A stretch of 64,000 bases of DNA, taken from a virus (taxonomy: Duplodnaviria > Heunggongvirae > Uroviricota > Caudoviricetes). The position numbers and the translations under genes are program-made. The stretch's first letter is position 1; each line of letters starts with the position of its first letter. The notes beneath the pieces were generated by a model. The model did not search any database, was not told where the DNA came from, and saw only the letters and a program-made list of their open reading frames with translations. Location of the stretch: positions 104,585 to 168,584 of IMG/VR virus record IMGVR_UViG_3300009500_000011; one strand, 5' to 3'. Shown in pieces: positions 26,263-35,905 of the stretch.

Positions 26263-26742
26263 ATGGATAACAAAGATTTGGTAGTTCATTGTAAGATAAA
26301 ACCTTACGACGTTTATATTGGGCGAAGCAAAGACCCTAAAAAAGGTAAGTGGGGGAATCCTTATTCTCATGAAGAAGGAACCCTTGCCGAATATAAAGTG
26401 GCAACCCGAGAAGAAGCGGTAGAATGTTTTCGTAAATATTTATTAAAAAATGTCGATTTAATGAAACAAATTTTAACCTTAAAAGGTAAAGTTTTGGGAT
26501 GCTGGTGTAAGCCTAAATCTTGTCATGGAGATATTATTGTAGAATTTATTAATAAAATTGACAATGGTGAATCCTTGTGCGATAATTGTGAAGAGGAAGA
26601 TTGTTATTATTGCAATCTTGGTTGTCCTTGGTGTGGACATGCACACAGTTTAGATGGTTCATGTAAAAATTGTTGGTTAGAAGCATGTCAAATAAATGAT
26701 GAAGAAATGCTTCTAAGAATAAAAGATTTAATACCTAAATAA
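26263..26742 (+). CDS. hypothetical protein (DUF4326-like N-terminus, Cys-rich C-terminus)
   Basis: GNPYSHEEG ... LGCWCKPKSCHGDII, then a CxxC cluster. Confidence 0.3.
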   Translation: MDNKDLVVHCKIKPYDVYIGRSKDPKKGKWGNPYSHEEGTLAEYKVATREEAVECFRKYLLKNVDLMKQILTLKGKVLGCWCKPKSCHGDIIVEFINKIDNGESLCDNCEEEDCYYCNLGCPWCGHAHSLDGSCKNCWLEACQINDEEMLLRIKDLIPK

Positions 26743-26746
26743 AATT

Positions 26747-26833
26747 GGCCGAATGGCGGAATTGGTAGACGCGGCAGACTCAAAATCTGTTGTCCGAAAG
26801 GGCGTGTGGGTTCAAGTCCCACTTTGGCCACCA
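26747..26833 (+). tRNA. tRNA-Leu (anticodon CAA), type II
   Basis: Acceptor GGCCGAA/TTTGGCC, stem GCAGA/TCTGT, loop CTCAAAA, long variable arm, T-arm GTGGG-TTCAAGT-CCCAC, A73-CCA. Confidence 0.7.
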
Positions 26834-26862
26834 CAAATTGAATTCTTTAAGAAGAGGAAAAA

Positions 26863-27309
26863 GTGATTAACTTTATTAAAAAGATTTTTAAACTAGGTAG
26901 TACCCAACCGAAGAATATTTCGTCAAATTCAAAACCATCGACAGCGAGTAATTCAATTAATTACAATGTTCATCCCATTGTGATTGAGCGACCTCTTCCG
27001 ACTCCTAAGCCGGTGTATTACGATGATACATCTTCGCAATTAACGAATATGTTGTTAATGGAAGAGATTATTGATTCAAGTTATCAACCTACCACAACGG
27101 TAATTGTAGAACCACCAGCACCTGTTGATAATTACAATAACTATTCGGCACCAGAACCTTCGCCGTCTTCGTCGCCAAGTCCATCATATGATAGCGGTTC
27201 ATCATATTCAGATAGTAGTTATTCGTCGTCTTCTTCATGGTCTTCTTCGTCATATGATAGCGGTAGTAGTAGTTCGTCTTCATCATATGATAGTGGTGGT
27301 GGTTGGTAA
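26863..27309 (+). CDS. Ser/Tyr/Pro-rich low-complexity protein
   Basis: C-terminal SSSPSPSYDSGSSYSDSSYSSSSS repeats; flanked by two tRNA-Leu-type genes. Confidence 0.35.
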   Translation: MINFIKKIFKLGSTQPKNISSNSKPSTASNSINYNVHPIVIERPLPTPKPVYYDDTSSQLTNMLLMEEIIDSSYQPTTTVIVEPPAPVDNYNNYSAPEPSPSSSPSPSYDSGSSYSDSSYSSSSSWSSSSYDSGSSSSSSSYDSGGGW

Positions 27310-27320
27310 ATAATAATAAA

Positions 27321-27403
27321 GGGCAAGTGGTGGAACTGGTATACACGTATGTCTAAGAAGCATATGCGAAAGCATGTGGGTTCGAGTCCCACCTTGCCCA
27401 CCA
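27321..27403 (+). tRNA. type-II tRNA, Leu-like body, anticodon loop CTAAGAA (reads AAG; A34 unusual)
   Basis: Acceptor GGGCAAG/CTTGCCC, 7-bp anticodon stem, variable arm TGCGAAAGCAT, T-arm GTGGG-TTCGAGT-CCCAC, A73-CCA. Confidence 0.5.
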
Positions 27404-27425
27404 TAATTTAAGGGAATATAAATCT

Positions 27426-27881
27426 TTGATGTTAGATGATTTAATTACGCCACTTAATTCTTTTCAAGAATTAAAAAATATTCTTGAAGAAAATCCTAGA
27501 CTACATTATAGCAAAGGTTATGCAGGTAATATTTCTACGATACCTGGTCCTGTAATTCTTTATCCAATTATTGGTGTGGTTAGAAATAAGGCTAATTGGC
27601 GTTTGATAAATGGCAAAATTTATGGCGGAGAAATTTTAATAAAAGTTTTTGCAGAAGTCGATTATACAACTACTGTTTATCCTTTAGATTATTTACTTGA
27701 TGATTTAAATGAACTTACTCTTGAAGAATTAGCACGACCTATTTTGATTTCTCCATGTAAGAGAAATCAAAATATCGAAGAAGTCACTCTATATGCAGAG
27801 TGTGCAGGAATTTTAACTCGACCAGATGAATTTGATACCAACCTATATTTAGGTTTTGGAAAATTGCCAGAAATCATATAA
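27426..27881 (+). CDS. hypothetical protein
   Basis: Track ORF. Confidence 0.4.
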   Translation: MMLDDLITPLNSFQELKNILEENPRLHYSKGYAGNISTIPGPVILYPIIGVVRNKANWRLINGKIYGGEILIKVFAEVDYTTTVYPLDYLLDDLNELTLEELARPILISPCKRNQNIEEVTLYAECAGILTRPDEFDTNLYLGFGKLPEII

Positions 27882-27889
27882 TGAAATTT

Positions 27890-27979
27890 GGGGATATGGT
27901 GAAATTGGTCAGACACAACAGGCTTAAACCCTGTCGGGCGTTATATCCCATGTCGGTTCGAATCCGACTATCCCTACCA
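27890..27979 (+). tRNA. tRNA-Leu (anticodon TAA), type II
   Basis: Acceptor GGGGATA/TATCCCT, stem ACAGG/CCTGT, loop CTTAAAC, 17-nt variable arm, T-arm GTCGG-TTCGAAT-CCGAC, A73-CCA. Confidence 0.75.
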
Positions 27980-28138
27980 ATTAAATAATGAAATGCATTG
28001 AAAACACTAAATCCTGTAGTAATATAATTTTTACTTGCAGGATTTGTAATAATAAGAATTGTTTTATTCATTCTAATTTGCTTCATTGGTCAACAATGAA
28101 AGCGATTTGTTTGCATTGTCAAAAGGAAAAGAAGAGTA

Positions 28139-28615
28139 ATGATGCACAATTATAAAGTGTCAGAAAAATATTGGGCGCAATTTGATACTGATGAGAAACT
28201 TATAGAATTTGCGTATAGTCGTCTTTTAAAATATTCTTTAAAAGATTTAAATAAATTAGCGCGCGAATGGTTATCCGAGATTGGTGCCATTGAAGGTAAA
28301 GAATTTTATATAGAATATATTATTGAAAATAATATTGATACTGATGATGTTGAATATCATGAACTAGATACACTTGATAAATGGGATTTAGAAGATTACA
28401 TCGTTTCAGATATGTATTTTTATACACCTTCTGATGTTGTTCTTTGGTTAAAAGATACAAATTATTTTAATCTTGATAAAGAAATTCTTCGTAGTGAACT
28501 TATTGCTTTTGTAGAAAATACTTTTAGCGATTTTGATGATTGGCCAGATGAACAATCTATAATTGAAGTGTTCAAGAACCCTAATCAATTAGAATTTAAT
28601 TTTGATGAAATATAA
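28139..28615 (+). CDS. hypothetical acidic protein
   Basis: Track ORF. Confidence 0.35.
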   Translation: MMHNYKVSEKYWAQFDTDEKLIEFAYSRLLKYSLKDLNKLAREWLSEIGAIEGKEFYIEYIIENNIDTDDVEYHELDTLDKWDLEDYIVSDMYFYTPSDVVLWLKDTNYFNLDKEILRSELIAFVENTFSDFDDWPDEQSIIEVFKNPNQLEFNFDEI

Positions 28616-28862
28616 AACCATAAAATACTTTGATTGTCAAGATATGCCTGAAAAAGTAAAAGAGGCATTTTTTAATACTTTTGAAATTTTTGAAAAATAT
28701 TATCCAAATAATATCATTATTGAATGGTTTGAAGAATATTCAAAAAGTGGATTTAAAAAACAATTTCCAAATAATGCTGATAATTTAAACAAAGTAAATC
28801 TTTGGTTGAAAAAAAATGGAGCATTACCTGGAGAATTAGTATTAATTAAACATTGGTGGTAA
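28602..28862 (+). CDS. hypothetical protein
   Basis: Track ORF. Confidence 0.3.
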   Translation: MMKYKTIKYFDCQDMPEKVKEAFFNTFEIFEKYYPNNIIIEWFEEYSKSGFKKQFPNNADNLNKVNLWLKKNGALPGELVLIKHWW

Positions 28863-28864
28863 AT

Positions 28865-29404
28865 ATGTCTAAAGAAATTTTAACCGTGTATTTAGCCGGT
28901 CGTATAGATGGTATTAGTGCAGATAGAGCAACAAATTGGCGCGATGAAGCATTAAAGTTACTTGCAAAAAATAAATTTGCAGGTCTTTGTCCTATTACTC
29001 ATGGTGTTGATTTAGAACTTAACTCTGGTGTTCCCGCCGATTTGACTAAACCAGAAATACATAATAAAATTTTTGAAATAGATTTAGATTTAATTTTTAG
29101 AAGCGATGCAGTTATTGCAAATATGGAATATATATCGTTTGGAACCGCACAAGAAATATTTTATGCAGATAAAATATTAAATATTCCTGTAATTGCATTT
29201 AATAATAAAAGTTGCACTTCTGCTTTTCTTTATGCAACAACTTACAAAATAGTTGACACATTAGAAGATGCTATTGAAGTGTTAAAAACATTAAATAAAA
29301 AATCAGAAATGTTAACAATTGGTGGTTTAAGAGAAGTTCTTTGGAGTACAAGAGAGACATACGATATTCCTTTAGAAAAACTAAAAAAACGTAATTCTTT
29401 TTAA
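28865..29404 (+). CDS. nucleoside 2-deoxyribosyltransferase-like protein
   Basis: N-terminal VYLAGRIDG motif (YLAGP/F-type) and overall size; ATG 28865. Confidence 0.4.
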   Translation: MSKEILTVYLAGRIDGISADRATNWRDEALKLLAKNKFAGLCPITHGVDLELNSGVPADLTKPEIHNKIFEIDLDLIFRSDAVIANMEYISFGTAQEIFYADKILNIPVIAFNNKSCTSAFLYATTYKIVDTLEDAIEVLKTLNKKSEMLTIGGLREVLWSTRETYDIPLEKLKKRNSF

Positions 29405-29408
29405 AAAT

Positions 29409-29609
29409 ATGGGTTGTTTTGATGACTTTCAAGCATATTATAATGCTATATGTCCTAACTGTGACCCCGATGATATTCATGAAAATTTCGCATCTTTGCA
29501 TCAACGATGTTTTGAATATTACACATCCTTAATAATTATGCGTTTAGATTATGGCCTTCATATGAATATCCTAAATCTTATACTAGGATTAGAAGATTTA
29601 GGATATTAG
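29409..29609 (+). CDS. hypothetical small protein
   Basis: Track ORF; weak. Confidence 0.2.
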   Translation: MGCFDDFQAYYNAICPNCDPDDIHENFASLHQRCFEYYTSLIIMRLDYGLHMNILNLILGLEDLGY

Positions 29610-29682
29610 GAACAATTCTCGTTTGACTTTTCTTTCTAAATATGTTATCATATAAGGGTAATATAAAAAAAGGAAAAGAAAA

Positions 29683-30408
29683 ATGATTAATACATATGTT
29701 GTAGGGGACGTACACGGTTGCTACGATTCTCTAATCGAATTACTAGAATTGGTTAATTTTAATGTTGACCGAGATATGTTAATAAGTGTTGGCGACCTTG
29801 TAGATAAGGGTCCAAAAACCAAGGAAGTTTTAGACTTCTTTATGAAGTATGGTTATCCTGTGGTTAGAGGCAATCATGAAGATAAGATTGCTCGTCTTGC
29901 CAAGGGAAACAAGATTAAGATTAACTCTGAAATTCAAGATACTGTTGAACAACTTGGAGAAGGTTGGCAGGAAACGTATGGCCTATTTCTTCAATCAATG
30001 CCATTATATCTTCCGTTTGAAGATGCTTTGGGTAAGGGATATATTGTCCACGGTGGCGTTGCACCAGACCTTCCTATCGAAAGGCAAAGTTCTAATTTCT
30101 TAATGCGTCTTAGAACGTGGCCTTTTGAAGAATATGTACGTGGGGTAGAGGCAACTCAACCTCCTTGGCAGACTGAATATAGAGGTCACTTAGGAACAAT
30201 ACTTCACGGGCATATTCCAAGTGCAGGCGTAATGTATGCAGGTTCTGAAAAGCATGGAAATCCCAATGTATATTCATTGGATGGTGGATGTGTTTACGGG
30301 AATGACCGTCCTTGGGGCGGTAGTCTTCGGGCTATTAAACTTGATACTAGAGAGATTTTCTCTGTTCCCGGTAATCAAGAACAAACAGAACATTATAACA
30401 GTTTGTGA
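29683..30408 (+). CDS. PPP-family Ser/Thr (lambda-type/ApaH-like) phosphatase
   Basis: GDVHGCYD, GDLVDKGP, RGNHE signature motifs. Confidence 0.65.
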   Translation: MINTYVVGDVHGCYDSLIELLELVNFNVDRDMLISVGDLVDKGPKTKEVLDFFMKYGYPVVRGNHEDKIARLAKGNKIKINSEIQDTVEQLGEGWQETYGLFLQSMPLYLPFEDALGKGYIVHGGVAPDLPIERQSSNFLMRLRTWPFEEYVRGVEATQPPWQTEYRGHLGTILHGHIPSAGVMYAGSEKHGNPNVYSLDGGCVYGNDRPWGGSLRAIKLDTREIFSVPGNQEQTEHYNSL

Positions 30409-30420
30409 AATAATCACAAA

Positions 30421-30462
30421 TTGACAAAACAATAGCCTACATTGTAATATATGTAGGCTATT
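30421..30462 (+). promoter_or_regulatory. promoter TTGACA-N18-TAATAT overlapped by a perfect 12-bp inverted repeat (AATAGCCTACAT / ATGTAGGCTATT)
   Basis: The inverted repeat at 30431-30462 ends 1 nt before the dCMP-deaminase ATG; possible operator or 5' hairpin. Confidence 0.4.
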
Positions 30463-30888
30463 ATGTTTTCTGAAGAACTTGCCACTTTACCTTTTGGTTT
30501 GAAGATGGCTCAAAAAGTATTTCAAAATACTCCTGATAAAAAGAAGCGGGTAACTGCTTGTTTTGTGAAAGGAGGTTTATTTCTTGCTGACACCAATCAA
30601 TTTAAGACCGACCCTACAGGCCATAAATTGAATAGTCGGGGTTGTCGCCTTCATGCTGAAATGAAAGTTCTAAAAAGACTTCGTTTCCAAGAAACAAATG
30701 GTGGCAAGTTGTTTGTTTATAGAGAAGATATGTCCGGTGCAATTAAAAATGCCAGGCCGTGTCGTGCTTGTAGAAAAATGATAGTAGAATGTGGAATTAA
30801 CACAGTTTACTATACAATAGAAGAAGGATACATAAAAGAGAAGATAAACAACTCAGCAGATTATATAGGCTCAGATAATGAATATTGA
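30463..30888 (+). CDS. dCMP/cytidine deaminase (zinc-dependent)
   Basis: HAEMKVL and PCRACRKM (H-x-E ... PC-xx-C) motifs. Confidence 0.6.
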   Translation: MFSEELATLPFGLKMAQKVFQNTPDKKKRVTACFVKGGLFLADTNQFKTDPTGHKLNSRGCRLHAEMKVLKRLRFQETNGGKLFVYREDMSGAIKNARPCRACRKMIVECGINTVYYTIEEGYIKEKINNSADYIGSDNEY

Positions 30889-31186
30889 TGATAAGTGCGA
30901 AACATGCGATGGTAAAGGTACATGGGAAGTACCCTGGGATGAAGTTGATGATGCAACCAAGGCTATGCTTGGTGGCATTGATGACTTGATAAGTAAATTT
31001 CCTGGTTCTAAATTGGGTCCATTAGTTTATAATTGTCCTGATTGTCAACAAACTGGTTCGCAAGCCGTTCGAGAACAATGGTCAATAAATCGTTTAGACC
31101 CTAAAAAACATGAGTATGTTTTTCAATGTACTGATGGTGACCCTTGTTGGGAATGTAAAGCAGAGAAAAAAGAGCATTTAAAATGA
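30878..31186 (+). CDS. zinc-ribbon protein
   Basis: CETCDG ... CPDCQ ... CWEC. Confidence 0.35.
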   Translation: MNIDDKCETCDGKGTWEVPWDEVDDATKAMLGGIDDLISKFPGSKLGPLVYNCPDCQQTGSQAVREQWSINRLDPKKHEYVFQCTDGDPCWECKAEKKEHLK

Positions 31187-32001
31187 TTGATTATACAACA
31201 AAACCGGATTTAGGAAAATTATCTGAATCAGAATTTTTTGATTTAGATAATCCGCCTTTTGATATTCAAAAACATTGTTTATATTCAGTCATATCTGGTT
31301 CAAAAGCATATGGATTAGATACGCCTACAAGCGATACTGATATTCGTGGAGTTGTATATTTACCAGAAAGAATGTTGCTTGGTTTAGGTAGATTTGAACA
31401 AATTGAAAATCAAAGCAAAGATATTTGTTATTACAGTCTACAAAAACTTTTTAATTTGGCATTAAAAAATAATGTTCATGCAATGGAAATGCTTTGGATG
31501 CCAAAAAGAACGGTTAACTTTATACATCCTTTATTTGAGCAAGTTCTAGATAATAAAAATTTATTTATGTCTAAACGCATTGCATATACTTGTGGTGGAT
31601 ATGCTTTCCAACAAGTTAAGGTTGCCTTTACAAAGATGAAAAATAAGACTGGTAGAGTTAGTTTATTAGAACAATTTGGCTATGATACTAAATTTATGAG
31701 TCATAGTATTCGTATTTATAGAATGGCCCGTGAAGCATTAGAAACAGGTTTTCTAAATGTCTATCGACCTGATAGAGAGTTTTTACTTGATGTTAAGGTT
31801 GGTAAATATAAACTTGAAGATATTGTTGTTATGGGTAAAAATTCAGAAGGTAAAGATACTTTTGTTGGTGGATTATTAGCAGAAGAATTGCGACTTTTTA
31901 ATGAAGCACTTGCAAAAACAAAATTACCAACCGACCCTCCTTTCCAAAAAATTGAAAATCTTTTAATTAAAGTTCAAAAAGAAGCTTTATCTTTTAATTA
32001 A
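31183..32001 (+). CDS. nucleotidyltransferase-fold protein (pol-beta superfamily)
   Basis: GSKAYGLDTPTSDTDIRGV fits the GS-x(9-13)-D-x-D motif. Confidence 0.4.
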   Translation: MIDYTTKPDLGKLSESEFFDLDNPPFDIQKHCLYSVISGSKAYGLDTPTSDTDIRGVVYLPERMLLGLGRFEQIENQSKDICYYSLQKLFNLALKNNVHAMEMLWMPKRTVNFIHPLFEQVLDNKNLFMSKRIAYTCGGYAFQQVKVAFTKMKNKTGRVSLLEQFGYDTKFMSHSIRIYRMAREALETGFLNVYRPDREFLLDVKVGKYKLEDIVVMGKNSEGKDTFVGGLLAEELRLFNEALAKTKLPTDPPFQKIENLLIKVQKEALSFN

Positions 32002-32003
32002 CC

Positions 32004-32321
32004 ATGCCTTTTTCCCGAATAAATAGTATTTCTGATTTAGAATATCTTCCCAAGTTTAATAAAGCAATTCAACAACGATATAATAAGAATGCTGTTGGAA
32101 TTACTATTTATCATTCTTATTCTGATTTGAATAAACTAGAAATAGTTTTTGATTTCAGAATCGTTAAAAGAGAAAATATTAAATTAATAAAAAGATTACC
32201 TTTTTGTATATTGAAGGATAATTGTGCAAAAACAGCCAATTTAGTTTCTTTTGTAGACGAAGCAAGAGAAGAATTAGAACAGAATTTCTTTGAGAAAGCA
32301 CATTTTAGTGTATTTGAGTAA
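32004..32321 (+). CDS. hypothetical protein
   Basis: Track ORF. Confidence 0.35.
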   Translation: MPFSRINSISDLEYLPKFNKAIQQRYNKNAVGITIYHSYSDLNKLEIVFDFRIVKRENIKLIKRLPFCILKDNCAKTANLVSFVDEAREELEQNFFEKAHFSVFE

Positions 32322-33611
32322 TTGATGAGTTTTGATATAACACCAGTAACAACATTTATAAAATCAAATCCTTGGGTAATTGGAGGATTTTCTTTTATCG
32401 CAGGCGGAAGTTTTGTTGCAGCAATAAAAGAAATTCCTATTGCTATTTTTCAAGGTATTCGTCGTCAATGTATTCTTAGTTTAGATATTACTGATGAAAC
32501 AGAATTATATAATATTGTTCTTGAATGGTTAAATGACCATCAATATTCAAAAAAAACAAGACTTGTTACTGCTAATATTGACGACGATGACGACGATGAT
32601 AACAGACCTGGAACAAGTTATTCTTCTAATAAAAAGCAAAATGTTTATAATTTAAAAATGACACCTGCTCCGGGTAATCATTTTATTTGGCATAAACGTA
32701 AATTGATTTGGATGAATAGATATCGTCGTCCCTCTAATGCTGGTAATCACAAAAGTTATGTTCAAGGTTTCGAGATTGTTTGTGTAGGTAGAAATCAGAA
32801 ATTTCTTCGTACTTTTCTTGAAGAAATAATAAAATCTTATGCAGAAAAACATGAAGATAAAATTTCACTTCATGCCAATGTTGATGGAAGTTGGCGTTTG
32901 GTTAAAGAATTACCACAACGTGAACTTTCAAGTGTTATTTTAAAAGAAAATGAAATGGAAAATATTATAAATGATTTAACTGAATTTCAATCTAATGAAG
33001 AATGGTATCATAAATTAGGTATACCCTATCATAGAGGTTATCTTTTATATGGTTTGCCTGGAACAGGAAAATCAAGTTTAATTCAAGTCTTAGCACAAAA
33101 TTTTAAGAAAAATCTGTATGTTATCAATCTATGTGAAAAATATATGAGTGATGCTACATTAACTAATCTTATTTTGAGAATGCCTCATAGTTCTTTTCTA
33201 TTATTAGAAGATATTGATGCTGTTTTTAAATCTAGAGAAGAAATTCAAAATAAAACAGATTATCAAGGTGATGATAGCGAAGTAACCCTTTCTGGTTTGT
33301 TAAATGTATTAGATGGCGTAGTTGCTAAATCTGGTATTATCACATTTATGACAACAAATTATAAAGAAAAATTAGATACAGCATTAATTCGCCCAGGTCG
33401 TATAGACTATGAGTTGGAATTTACTTATGCAGATAAATTTCAGTTTAAAAAAATGTTTGAACGATTTTATCCAAATGCTGGAAAATCAGAAATGACAGAA
33501 CTTTTAAAAATAATTCAAGATAAACAAATGACAATGGCACAAATTCAAATGATTTTCTTAAAGAATAAAGACAATCCAAAAGGCGCAATAAAGGATATTG
33601 CAAAAATATGA
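32322..33611 (+). CDS. BCS1-like AAA ATPase with N-terminal TM segment
   Basis: YHRGYLLYGLPGTGKSSLIQ (BCS1-type Walker A context), Walker B LLLEDID, hydrophobic N-terminus; DDDDDDD linker. Confidence 0.6.
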   Translation: MMSFDITPVTTFIKSNPWVIGGFSFIAGGSFVAAIKEIPIAIFQGIRRQCILSLDITDETELYNIVLEWLNDHQYSKKTRLVTANIDDDDDDDNRPGTSYSSNKKQNVYNLKMTPAPGNHFIWHKRKLIWMNRYRRPSNAGNHKSYVQGFEIVCVGRNQKFLRTFLEEIIKSYAEKHEDKISLHANVDGSWRLVKELPQRELSSVILKENEMENIINDLTEFQSNEEWYHKLGIPYHRGYLLYGLPGTGKSSLIQVLAQNFKKNLYVINLCEKYMSDATLTNLILRMPHSSFLLLEDIDAVFKSREEIQNKTDYQGDDSEVTLSGLLNVLDGVVAKSGIITFMTTNYKEKLDTALIRPGRIDYELEFTYADKFQFKKMFERFYPNAGKSEMTELLKIIQDKQMTMAQIQMIFLKNKDNPKGAIKDIAKI

Positions 33612-34465
33612 GCAGAATTTATTTTCATTCACTAGATAAAGAATCAGAAGTTTATGGTTCTGAAAGAGCATATATGGGTCATTTGTGTACAGACTTGGCT
33701 TATAGTGTTTCAGACCTTGATTCGTTCTTTTTTGAAAAATCTCCGATGCTTAAAATTTTAGAAGAATCTAATAATCGTAAATACAACAAAGAAGATGCAA
33801 AAATGGCATTTAATCCATTTAATTCAATGTTTTTTAATATTAACTGGAAGGTCAACGATAGAAATGTAAATCCTTTTGCAGTTGTTTTAAATACAGCAAT
33901 GGCTCTTGGCGGTGATGCCATAAAACTATATGCCAGATTACATGGCCAATGCGAGATTCATGCATATGTTGAAGGAGAATACAGAAGTTGGCTTGCTGAT
34001 ATTATTGATAAAGGCGTCGAATCAAAAATTTTGCGTGTTTTTCCTGAAGATGGCGAAAAAGAATATTTACAAAATCAAAAAAGATTTATTGGATGGAATC
34101 AAGTTTCTAAACATTTAAGAGAAAATAATGTTAATCCTGTTGTAACTTCTTATAGTGTTTGTGAATCTTTTCCCAATTATCAATTTACTTTTGATTATCA
34201 AAATTTAAAAGATAAGTTGTCCAAAAAAGAAGATTTATCAAAAGATAATTTTCACAAGAAAATTGAGGATTGGACTGAAAAGAATTATTATTCATGGTCA
34301 ACAGAAATGCAATGGAGAGAGTGTATGCATTATTTGAGAACATGTGACAACGGATTGAGGGAAATTTGTCCTGAAACTTGGGATAATTTTTATTTTGGAC
34401 CACAAAATGATACTGTTTTTTCAATAATAGAAGAAGTGAATACCGCACAAAAGGAATTAATTTAA
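33608..34465 (+). CDS. hypothetical protein
   Basis: Track ORF. Confidence 0.4.
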   Translation: MSRIYFHSLDKESEVYGSERAYMGHLCTDLAYSVSDLDSFFFEKSPMLKILEESNNRKYNKEDAKMAFNPFNSMFFNINWKVNDRNVNPFAVVLNTAMALGGDAIKLYARLHGQCEIHAYVEGEYRSWLADIIDKGVESKILRVFPEDGEKEYLQNQKRFIGWNQVSKHLRENNVNPVVTSYSVCESFPNYQFTFDYQNLKDKLSKKEDLSKDNFHKKIEDWTEKNYYSWSTEMQWRECMHYLRTCDNGLREICPETWDNFYFGPQNDTVFSIIEEVNTAQKELI

Positions 34466-35905
34466 TTGAACAAAATTTACGACCTTATCATTATTGGAAC
34501 TGGCCCAGCAGGTTTTTTCTGTGCAATAGATTTAGTTAGAAAAGGATATACAAATATCCTTATGATTGATAAAGGTTCTCTTCGTACAGGTAAATCAGAC
34601 GAAAATGTGACAGAAGGATGGGCAGGGGCTGGGGCACATTCCGATGGTAAGGTCAATATGACTCATAAAGTCGGAGGAATCTTAGCCGACGTTATTGGGT
34701 TAAAGCGTTTCCATGAGTTATTAGAAAAACAAGACCAAATGTGGCTTGATTTTTCTCCAACAAATGAACAAAAAAAATTACGTCAACAAAAATCTCCTGA
34801 TGCTGATTTAGATGTAAGGTTATTCGTTCCAACTGATGAATCTAAAATTTTAAGAGCTAAAGCCTTAGCAAATCACATGGAACTTGAAACATATCCAATA
34901 AGACATTTGGGCACAGATAATATGTTAGATTCAACTAACAATATGCTCGAATATCTTAAATCTAATGGTGTTGAAGTAGTATTAGAGGCTGAAGTAAAGC
35001 AAATCTGTAAATATAAAAATGAAGAAGAATTTGTAGTAAGAGTTCAAAAAAAAGATAGTTGGTGTGACCCAGAATTTGGAGACTATGAACTTGAACATTA
35101 TGACGGGAAGAATGTTCTTATTGCTACAGGACGCTCTGGGGGGCATTTCTTCCGTGAAACCATGCAATGCTTAGATATTCCTATGTTAAATAATGGCGTT
35201 GATATTGGTGTTCGTGTCGAAGTTCCAAATGAGATTACAGATGGACTCTTAAAAGCCGGTATTTATGAACCTAAAATGCTTTATAGAACACCAACATTTG
35301 ACGATTCCGTTCGCACATTTTGCTGGTGTAATAGTGGATTTGTTGCAATAGAAGAATATCGTGATACCGGAATTAAGACAGTTAATGGTCATTCCTATGC
35401 CGACAAGAAATCTAACAATACAAATTTTGCTTTACTTGTTACAAAAACATTTACTTCGCCATTCGATAACCCACAAGCATATGCAGAATCAGTTTCAAGA
35501 ATGGCCAATCTTTTATCGGGTAATTCTGTTTTAGTTCAAAGATATGGAGATTTTAAAGCAGGTAGACGTACAACAGAAAAAAGATTAAATGAAGGAGCCC
35601 TTGTTCCAACTCTTGATGCAGTACCAGGAGATTTATCTCTTGCTATTCCTTATCGTCAAATGTTGGCAATCGGAGAAATGTTAGAAGCTATGGACAAAGT
35701 TTTACCAGGTATTGCAAGTAAATACACCTTGTTATACGGTATTGAAGCTAAATTCTATAGCAATCGAGTTAATATTGATTCAAATAGTATGACAGAAATT
35801 AAAGGTCTTTATGTTGCTGGAGACGGTTCTGGATGGACAAGAGGGTTAAATCAAGCGGCAATTCAAGGACTTGTTGTTAGTGAAGGAATTTTAAATGCAA
35901 AATAA
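34466..35905 (+). CDS. FAD/NAD(P)-binding oxidoreductase (COG2509-like)
   Basis: N-terminal dinucleotide fold DLIIIGTGPAGFFCAIDL and C-terminal GLYVAGDGSG. Confidence 0.55.
   Translation: MNKIYDLIIIGTGPAGFFCAIDLVRKGYTNILMIDKGSLRTGKSDENVTEGWAGAGAHSDGKVNMTHKVGGILADVIGLKRFHELLEKQDQMWLDFSPTNEQKKLRQQKSPDADLDVRLFVPTDESKILRAKALANHMELETYPIRHLGTDNMLDSTNNMLEYLKSNGVEVVLEAEVKQICKYKNEEEFVVRVQKKDSWCDPEFGDYELEHYDGKNVLIATGRSGGHFFRETMQCLDIPMLNNGVDIGVRVEVPNEITDGLLKAGIYEPKMLYRTPTFDDSVRTFCWCNSGFVAIEEYRDTGIKTVNGHSYADKKSNNTNFALLVTKTFTSPFDNPQAYAESVSRMANLLSGNSVLVQRYGDFKAGRRTTEKRLNEGALVPTLDAVPGDLSLAIPYRQMLAIGEMLEAMDKVLPGIASKYTLLYGIEAKFYSNRVNIDSNSMTEIKGLYVAGDGSGWTRGLNQAAIQGLVVSEGILNAK

Noticed and set aside
27089-27404. 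Three overlapping ORFs (both strands) with His/Tyr/Met-rich translations
   Set aside because: Frame-shifted or antisense readings of the Ser/Tyr codon repeats of 26863..27309 and of tRNA 27321.
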